DNA from: Candidatus Binatia bacterium
Lineage (GTDB): Bacteria; Desulfobacterota; Binatia; HRBIN30
DNA length: 12,438 nt
Reading direction: 5' to 3'
Assembly (NCBI GenBank): GCA_038245295.1
Contig: JBBRSP010000061.1
Coordinates: forward strand, 1-12,438
The notes under the pieces are model-generated. The model saw only the letters and a program-made list of their open reading frames with translations, did not search any database and was not told the origin of the DNA. Each line of letters starts with the position of its first letter. The first letter of the stretch is position 1. The translations under genes and the position numbers were made by a program. Of the stretch, positions 1 through 5,140 are shown piece by piece.

Positions 1-11
1 ACATTTTGTCC

Positions 12-40
12 GCTCGCCCTGAGCCCGTCGAAGGGTGAGC
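12..40. repeat. REP-like imperfect palindrome (GCTCGCCCT-GAGCCCGTCGA-AGGGTGAGC)
   Basis: 9-bp stem at 12-20/32-40 with one G-T pair. The core CCCTGAGCnnGTCGAAGGG resembles, from recall, a widespread extragenic palindrome class. Only one copy in the window. Confidence 0.6.
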
Positions 41-45
41 CTATG

Positions 46-60
46 TTTTGAGACAGCCTC
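46..60. mobile_element. Possible terminal inverted repeat of an IS1182/IS5-like element or MITE (TTTTGAGACAGCCTC)
   Basis: The reverse complement GAGGCTGTCTCAAAA resembles IS1182-type termini from recall. It sits next to the REP-like hairpin. The partner end would lie outside the window. Confidence 0.35.
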
Positions 61-206
61 TTCAGCCTGCGGCGCGTGAGCCCAATGCTTCCGAACAGCC
101 GCGAAATACGTCGCCGAACTTATGAAACCGAGTACTAAGCCTACTGCCTATGCCCAAGCCTTCCTTAGACTCGGCCGTAGAAAGGCTGGAGACGGCCTCA
201 CCCAAA

Positions 207-239
207 AACTTTAACGAAACTTATGAGAAACTTTCGAGA
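207..239 (+). promoter_or_regulatory. Conserved 33-bp upstream motif, copy 1 (AACTTTAACGAAACTTATGAGAAACTTTCGAGA)
   Basis: 26/33 ungapped identity to 3430-3462. AT-rich within GC-rich DNA, with AACTT boxes at 11-bp spacing (207, 218, 229). Ends 123 nt before the ATG at 363. Confidence 0.6.
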
Positions 240-362
240 TTCAGCAACCGCGGCCAGGCTATTCGAGCTCGCATGACTGGACGCGAGGCCAACGCGCCGC
301 GGGCGAGCGAACAAGGGCGTGAGGGCGTCCTGCTGGCTGATCGATCTCAGAAAGGGGCTCCC

Positions 363-1577
363 ATGACGATTCAGAGAAATCGCACACCCATGGTTCTTGG
401 CGGCATTGCCTATTTGCTCGTCTTCGGTGCGACCGCGGCTCGGGCCGTTTGTCCCGCCACACCGGACGTCACCTGTAGTTTCTCGGCTGCCGCTTCGTTG
501 CGGTACACGAAACCTTTGTCGCCGGCCAAGAACAGGCTTTCCTTCCGGTTCAGCAAGGGTGCGAATGCGGTGCGCGCCGACTTTGGCGACCCGACCACGA
601 CGGATAGCTACGGCATTTGCATCTACCCCGACGGCGCTGCGCCCATCACGCTCTCCGTCCCTGCCGACGGCGACTGCACCGACAAGGCGTGTTGGGTGTC
701 AAAGCTCACGTCGGTGGTGTTCAAGGATAGGACCGCTACCAACAACGGCGTTAGCGGCATCCGCTTGAGCGCCCCCCGTAAACCGGTCGACAAGACCAAG
801 ATCGCCGTCAACGGCAAAGGCGTCAACCTTCCCAACTTGAGCCTACCGCTGGCGGTGCCAGTAACTGTTCAGGTGCGTAATTCCCTCGGTAACTGCTGGG
901 GCGCGATCTTCAGTGACGTCAAGCAGGACGCAGCGACAGGCAAATTAACAACCAAGCTGCCGAAGGGTACCTCCATACCGACCTGTAGCGACTTTGTTTC
1001 GAACGGATATGAAACCGACTTGGATTGCGGCGGCGGCTGTTCGCCGTGCGCCTTCGGGAAATACTGCGCCGTGGCGGCCGACTGCACGACGGGCATTTGC
1101 CAAGCCGGTAGATGCGGCGCCAAGCGCGTGTTCGTCACGTCGACGACCGTCAACGGCGGATTTGGTGGACTGGCGGGCGGCGACAGCATCTGCAACGCGA
1201 TTGGAACGGGCGCCTACCCCGGCACGACATGGGTGGCATGGCTGTCCACCAGTTCGGTAAACGCAATCGATCGAATCAATGACACAGCGTATCGGTTGCT
1301 CGACGGAACCGAGGCGTTCTCGGACAAGGCGCAGATCACAACCACAGGGAAGCCATTCTTTCCGGTCGCGGTCGACCAGCACGGCCAACCCGTTTCAGGC
1401 AACGCGTGGTCGGGTACCACCAACTACGGCAGCTCGGTCGGTGGCTGCAACGATTGGACAACCAGTTCGTCCCTTGTCGACGGCACGGTGGGGAACCCTG
1501 CTGTGGAGGCCAGCTGGAGCGACTCCGCCTTCGCGGCGTGCAACACGCTCAATCGGCTGATCTGCTTCCAGCAGTAA
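363..1577 (+). CDS. Secreted modular protein (404 aa): signal peptide, unnamed Cys-containing beta-type domain, Cys-rich ETDxDCGG repeat, C-terminal DUF1554/endostatin-like domain
   Basis: Start moved from 150 to ATG 363 (AAAGGGG SD-like sequence upstream). Signal peptide MTIQRNRTPMVLGGIAYLLVFGATAARA|V. Cys-rich segment CSDFVSNGYETDLDCGGGCSPC. The C-terminus KRVFVTS..GGFGGLAGGDSIC..WVAWLS..CNDWT..LICFQQ is typical of DUF1554-like domains. Confidence 0.85.
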   Translation: MTIQRNRTPMVLGGIAYLLVFGATAARAVCPATPDVTCSFSAAASLRYTKPLSPAKNRLSFRFSKGANAVRADFGDPTTTDSYGICIYPDGAAPITLSVPADGDCTDKACWVSKLTSVVFKDRTATNNGVSGIRLSAPRKPVDKTKIAVNGKGVNLPNLSLPLAVPVTVQVRNSLGNCWGAIFSDVKQDAATGKLTTKLPKGTSIPTCSDFVSNGYETDLDCGGGCSPCAFGKYCAVAADCTTGICQAGRCGAKRVFVTSTTVNGGFGGLAGGDSICNAIGTGAYPGTTWVAWLSTSSVNAIDRINDTAYRLLDGTEAFSDKAQITTTGKPFFPVAVDQHGQPVSGNAWSGTTNYGSSVGGCNDWTTSSSLVDGTVGNPAVEASWSDSAFAACNTLNRLICFQQ

Positions 1578-1614
1578 AGCGCGCAGACGTAAGAAGCGTG
1601 GCGCACCGATAAGG

Positions 1615-1647
1615 AAGCGCCGTTCAGGATGTCTTGGACGGCGCTTT
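1615..1647 (+). terminator. Putative intrinsic terminator after 363-1577
   Basis: Perfect 9-bp stem AAGCGCCGT/ACGGCGCTT, extended inward by wobble pairs. The T-tract is short. Confidence 0.5.
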
Positions 1648-1710
1648 CGTCCGTCACGGATGTGCAGCCTAGCGGCACCGGCTTTGCCCGGTAATTGCAT
1701 TCGTATGAAC

Positions 1711-1738
1711 GGAGTCGGCGTGCCCTCACGCCGGCTCC
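1711..1738. terminator. Hairpin between convergent genes, possible terminator of the minus-strand operon
   Basis: GGAGTCGGCGTG-CCCT-CACGCCGGCTCC forms a 12-bp stem with one imperfect pair. It lies 27 nt past the stop at 1766 and has a weak U-tract. Confidence 0.45.
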
Positions 1739-1765
1739 ATAAGGTCCGAGCCTGCCAAATCTGCA

Positions 1766-1876
1766 TCACGTACACCCTCGCATGAGGAAGAAGAGGATGA
1801 GAATCGGGATCGGAATCCCGATGAGCCACAGAAATACCCACCCGGTGGCACCTTTTTGATCGCGAGTCGATTTCAT
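1766..1876 (-). CDS. 36-aa small membrane protein MKSTRDQKGATGWVFLWLIGIPIPILILFFLMRGCT
   Basis: Translated by hand; not in the ORF track. GAGGG SD 6 nt before the ATG, basic N-terminus and one hydrophobic helix. The GWxxLWLxGIPIPIL..RGC pattern is recalled from small hypothetical proteins in stress loci. Confidence 0.75.
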   Translation of the reverse strand: MKSTRDQKGATGWVFLWLIGIPIPILILFFLMRGCT

Positions 1877-1904
1877 GTGCATCCCTCGCTTTCTGTGAGC
1901 CGGA

Positions 1905-1937
1905 GGGACGCGGCGCTGCTGCCGTCAGCCGCGTCCC
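1905..1937. other. Intergenic inverted repeat (GGGACGCGGC-13 nt-GCCGCGTCCC)
   Basis: Perfect 10-bp stem between the CsbD-like gene and the 36-aa ORF. No U-tract. Confidence 0.55.
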
Positions 1938-1977
1938 CGCTAGCGCGGACCGCTCTGCAGGTACCTCGGACCGAGAC

Positions 1978-2147
1978 TCACGCGAACAAACCTTTGACCC
2001 AATCAAAAGCGTTTTCCACCATCTCCATCACGCCCTCCACCATCTGCTTGATGTTCCCGCACGCCTGATCGACGAGACCCTTCCGCTTCAGCTTCGCATT
2101 GCCGGTCAAGGCCCCCGCGGCTTCCTTCACGCGTATGTCCGGTTCAT
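1978..2147 (-). pseudogene. csbD: Second CsbD-family gene, frameshifted near the N-terminus (body 2130-1978: VKEAAGALTGNAKLKRKGLVDQACGNIKQMVEGVMEMVENAFDWVKGLFA)
   Basis: The AGGAG SD and ATG at 2147 open MNRTYA-stop. The CsbD body (RVKEAAGAL..KLK..G..DQA.G..KQ) is in another frame from about 2133 and is collinear with the intact paralog at 2873-3040. Confidence 0.75.
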
Positions 2148-2187
2148 GATGTTTTCTCCTGTGTTCTTCTGAGACTGTTCGGAGCCC

Positions 2188-2337
2188 CTACAATCGCCCG
2201 AGCAGGAACAGGATGAGAACGACGATGAGAACCGTGCCGAGAATCCCGGACGGGAAATACCCGTAGTTATGGTACCCCCAGGTGGGCAAACCGCCGAAGA
2301 CGAGCAGCAACAGAATGATCAGAAGTAGCGGTGACAT
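2188..2337 (-). CDS. DUF3309-family small membrane protein (49 aa) MSPLLLIILLLLVFGGLPTWGYHNYGYFPSGILGTVLIVVLILFLLGRL
   Basis: Translated by hand. Strong SD (AAAGGAG-6 nt-ATG). The GxLPTWxY..xGYxPSG and LLGR motifs are characteristic of DUF3309. Confidence 0.9.
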   Translation of the reverse strand: MSPLLLIILLLLVFGGLPTWGYHNYGYFPSGILGTVLIVVLILFLLGRL

Positions 2338-2418
2338 GGTAATCTCCTTTGTACCCGAGGTTTGCGACCGGTTGTCGCAATCTCGCTACGTCCTCCAAGT
2401 GCCCCGCGGGCGTAACCC

Positions 2419-2823
2419 TTATCCGCCAAAAGCGCTGCGGAAGCGCTTGACGACATCAGTGGCGGTTGCCCGGGCATCGTCGAGGAGGGAATCAACCGTG
2501 TGTTTGATGTCCTCCCACGAGCCGCTGGCCGCGGTGGACACGTGCTTGAGGGCAGTTGCGGCCTCGCGCTGCTTGGACTTCAAAACACTTACATGCGTTT
2601 GCGCGTCCTTGCGCAATTGGCGAATCCGTCCGCGCGCATCGGCCTCAATCTTGTGCTCCGCCTTGCCCAAGTCGCGCTGGATCTCGCCGATCGATTTTTC
2701 CAGGTGCTTGATGCCCTGTTGAATGGCGGTGTACGCGGCCCGCGCCTCGCGGGACATGGCCTTCTGCACTCGCTGGGCAGTGCCCTTCTTTTTGGAAGCC
2801 TTCTTTGGTGCCTTGGGGGACAT
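2419..2823 (-). CDS. Hypothetical basic coiled-coil protein (134 aa) with a Lys-rich N-terminus and SWEDIK motif
   Basis: Start moved to ATG 2823 (AAGGAG SD). All-helical, heptad-like composition. Co-oriented within the small-gene operon. Confidence 0.8.
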   Translation of the reverse strand: MSPKAPKKASKKKGTAQRVQKAMSREARAAYTAIQQGIKHLEKSIGEIQRDLGKAEHKIEADARGRIRQLRKDAQTHVSVLKSKQREAATALKHVSTAASGSWEDIKHTVDSLLDDARATATDVVKRFRSAFGG

Positions 2824-2872
2824 TATCTGCTCCTTTTCTGCTCCGCTCGACCGCGGCCCTTCGGGCCGCAAC

Positions 2873-3040
2873 TCACCCGGCCGCTTTCTTTACCTTGTCA
2901 ATCACCTTCTCCACCTTCTGCTTCATCTTCCCGACAGCCTGGTCGGCCCGACCCTCCTTCTTCAATTTTTTGTCGCCGATCAGAGCCCCAGCCGCTTCTT
3001 TCACGCGTCCCTTCAGTTCATCCGATTTGCCGCTTGCCAT
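2873..3040 (-). CDS. csbD: CsbD-family general stress protein (55 aa) MASGKSDELKGRVKEAAGALIGDKKLKKEGRADQAVGKMKQKVEKVIDKVKKAAG
   Basis: Translated by hand. Perfect SD TAAGGAGG. Canonical CsbD pattern D.LKG.VKEA.G.L.GD..LK.EG..DQ..GK..Q. Confidence 0.92.
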   Translation of the reverse strand: MASGKSDELKGRVKEAAGALIGDKKLKKEGRADQAVGKMKQKVEKVIDKVKKAAG

Positions 3041-3199
3041 GATTGATCCTCCTTATTCATGTCGCGAAGTCTAATTAGTTAACAATGTTCTTCAACCTCG
3101 CGGTACTACGCGCGTGGTTCTACGCACACGTCATCTCTACAACTTTCGCCTTACCGGCAGGCGTCGGGAGGGTACTGTTCCTGCGTCAACGCAGGAGGG

Positions 3200-3390
3200 C
3201 TCGCCGATCACATGATCGTGCCTCTGCATCAATTGTGCTGAACATCGCTGGAGGAGCCGGAGAGTTTGCGAAGCGTGAGAAGGCGCGATTCTATCGGATC
3301 GCGAGACGTTCGGCGACGGAGTTCGCCGAGATCCTGGACATCCTGCGTGAGCTAGAGCTGGTTGAGCAAGCCAAACTTGAGCTTCGAAGA
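3200..3390 (+). pseudogene. Remnant of a four-helix-bundle protein gene (23S rRNA intervening-sequence protein/TIGR02436-like)
   Basis: Reads LAD[frameshift ~3212]DRASASIVLNIAGGAGEFAKREKARFYRIARRSATEFAEILD. This matches the family motif LADQL.RA..SI.LNIAEG.G....EK.RFYR.A.RSA.EC.A.LD, but the conserved AEG has become AGG. No recognisable N- or C-terminus. Confidence 0.8.
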
Positions 3391-3429
3391 CGCCCTGACA
3401 GAGGGCTTTCGGCTTCGCGCCCGGGCGGG

Positions 3430-3462
3430 AACTTTAGCGAAACCTTAGCGATCCTTTCGAGA
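3430..3462 (+). promoter_or_regulatory. Conserved 33-bp upstream motif, copy 2 (AACTTTAGCGAAACCTTAGCGATCCTTTCGAGA)
   Basis: 26/33 identity to 207-239. Ends 71 nt before the ATG at 3534. Overlaps the start of hairpin AGACCGGCG-GCAAGT-CGCCGGTCT (3460-3483). Confidence 0.6.
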
Positions 3463-3533
3463 CCGGCGGCAAGTCGCCGGTCTAAGGATTCAGGCCGGAA
3501 GAGATCACCTTCGGACCGGAAAGCGAGGCAGGC

Positions 3534-4720
3534 ATGCGACAAATGGCACTCCTGGTTGTGGCGATGTTGACCATTGGATGGACGGGCCCAGCCCGGGCGC
3601 AAATTTGCGGATCCGATGCGGTGTGCGCCGACGCCATCTCCTGCACCGACGATCGGTGCATCGGTGGTAGTTGCGTTCACTTCCCCAAGGCGTTTGCCGC
3701 GCCGTGCAGCGACGACGCCAAGGAGTGCACCTACGACTTTTGCGACGGCACGAGTTCCCCAAGCTCTTGTGTTCATGTCCCGAAGGCAATCGGTGCCGCC
3801 TGTGGGGACGACGGTAACGAATGCACCTCGGACTTTTGCGATATTCAACTGGGGTCCCCGCAATGCACGCACCGCTCAAAGGCACTCGGCGTAACGTGTA
3901 GCGACGACGGCAAAGAGTGCACGACCGACGCCTGCGACGGCCAGATGGTCTCGCCGCAATGCGTACATCAGGGCAAAGTCTTTTCCACGCCGTGTAGCGA
4001 CGACGGCAATCAGTGCACGGTCGACATCTGCGACAAACATTCGGGCGGCCCTGCGCCGACGACGGCAATCAGTGCACCGCCGACATTTGTGATGGCACCA
4101 CCAACGCCAATGCGTGCATCGACATCAACCATGGCGACGGCCAGCCGTGTGACGACGGAACACTGTGCACGCCAACAGACTACTGTATCGGTGGCATGTG
4201 CACTGGACGCCTGACTCCGGCCAACAATTGCCGCACGGCGGGGTTTGGCTCGCTCACCATCAAGAACAACAGCGACGACGCCAAGGACTCGGTGCAGTTC
4301 AAGTGGTCCAAGGGCCAGTCGACGTCACTCGCCGAGTTTGGTGCCCCAAGCTTCAACGCGGGCTGCGCCTTGTGTGTTTATGACAACGGCATCCTGGCAA
4401 TGACCGCCGACGTCCCGGCGGCTGCAACGTGTGACGGAAAGTTCTGCTGGAAGACCTTGCTGCACCAATACAAGTTCAAGGCAAAGAGCGCGTTTCATGA
4501 TGGCATACGCGCCATCACCCTGACCGAAAGCAGCGTCGGAAAGTCGAAGATCGCCCTGCGCACAGCCGGCTCGGCACTGCCGGTCATGCCACTCTCTAAC
4601 TTTGTCATGGTGCAATTGGTGAAGAACACCGGCGACATCTGCTTCTCGACAGTTTTTCCCTCGGCCGACATCAAGACCAACACGGTCGACAAATTCAGCG
4701 CCCGGGTGAGCCTGCCATGA
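3534..4720 (+). pseudogene. Secreted Cys-rich repeat protein with a C-terminal unnamed domain, split by a frameshift at ~4035
   Basis: Signal peptide MRQMALLVVAMLTIGWTGPARA|Q. The 32-aa repeats PCxDDGxxCTxDxCDG..CxH continue from the 3534 frame into the 4013 frame. Repeat spacing drops from 96 to 59 nt, implying a 37-nt deletion. The restored product would be about 407 aa. Confidence 0.85.
3687..4170 (+). repeat. Intragenic 96-bp tandem repeats encoding Cys/Asp-rich 32-aa units
   Basis: GACGAC (DD) anchors at 3711, 3807, 3903, 3999, 4058 and 4151. The 21-mer CGACGACGGCAATCAGTGCAC is identical at 3998-4018 and 4057-4077. Confidence 0.9.
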
Positions 4721-4923
4721 GGCACCACCTTGGTGCGCGCCGGCCGTCTGGGTTCTAAACTCCGCTTGCCCTGAAGAGGCCCCGCTCTACTGGGGCGGCC
4801 GGCGACTGGCAGGCCCCTCCTGTTTCTTGGGTATCGGGACTACGCCACGCTCGGTGATCGCGCACGCTTCCGCCCGTGAAGGCAGGCGCCCGTTCAATCG
4901 AGCCGTCGTCGAGAGCAGTCGGC

Positions 4924-4939
4924 TGGCACAATCGCTGCC
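4924..4939 (+). promoter_or_regulatory. Candidate sigma-54 -24/-12 promoter TGGCACAATCGCTGCC
   Basis: TGGCAC plus TGC at the canonical GG-N10-GC spacing. Intergenic, about 200 nt upstream of the SDR. Confidence 0.4.
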
Positions 4940-4947
4940 CCCCTGCG

Positions 4948-4975
4948 TTGACACGACGTTGCTGACCTTTAACGT
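4948..4975 (+). promoter_or_regulatory. Candidate sigma-70 promoter TTGACA-16 nt-TAACGT
   Basis: Perfect -35 hexamer and a TAnnnT -10, upstream of the SDR cluster. Confidence 0.45.
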
Positions 4976-5140
4976 AACCGAATGGCGGTGCTTGGCTCCC
5001 CCGTCGCCTCTCAATCTCTTTCGAGAGGCGCCCGCGAGCAACCAGAGCTTCACCGGCAGATTGATCTTCCACAGAGACTCACCTCCCGGTCGTTCCCATC
5101 AGGGCCGGGTGGTGCGACGAGCACATGAAGGAGATGGCGC

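Noticed and set aside
150..362. N-terminal 71-aa extension of the first ORF
   Set aside because: The signal peptide and SD fit ATG 363. The extension covers the regulatory motif and looks non-coding.
1673..1688. Sigma-54-like CGGCACCGGCTTTGCC
   Set aside because: It lies between convergent gene ends with no plus-strand gene to drive. Likely chance, though an antisense promoter cannot be excluded.
1856..3074. Track ORFs 1856-2068, 2282-2722, 2500-3042, 2723-3046 (+) and 2805-3074 (+)
   Set aside because: They are antisense shadows of the small minus-strand genes, which have SDs and family motifs.
1122..3390. Diversity-generating retroelement (lectin-like C-terminal domain plus Avd-like four-helix bundle)
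   Set aside because: No reverse transcriptase, and I saw no template/variable repeat pair differing at adenines. The helix-bundle gene is a decayed fragment.
3430..3533. c-di-GMP or other known riboswitch in the leader
   Set aside because: A hairpin is present, but I could not match the conserved GEMM or other riboswitch cores by eye. An Infernal scan would settle it.
3085..3570. 161-aa ORF as an intact gene
   Set aside because: Only the middle ~60 codons resemble a known family. The flanks are unrelated and run across the next gene's upstream motif and start.
3687..4170. CRISPR array
   Set aside because: The repeats are degenerate, in-frame 96-bp coding units with homologous intervening sequence, and there are no cas genes.
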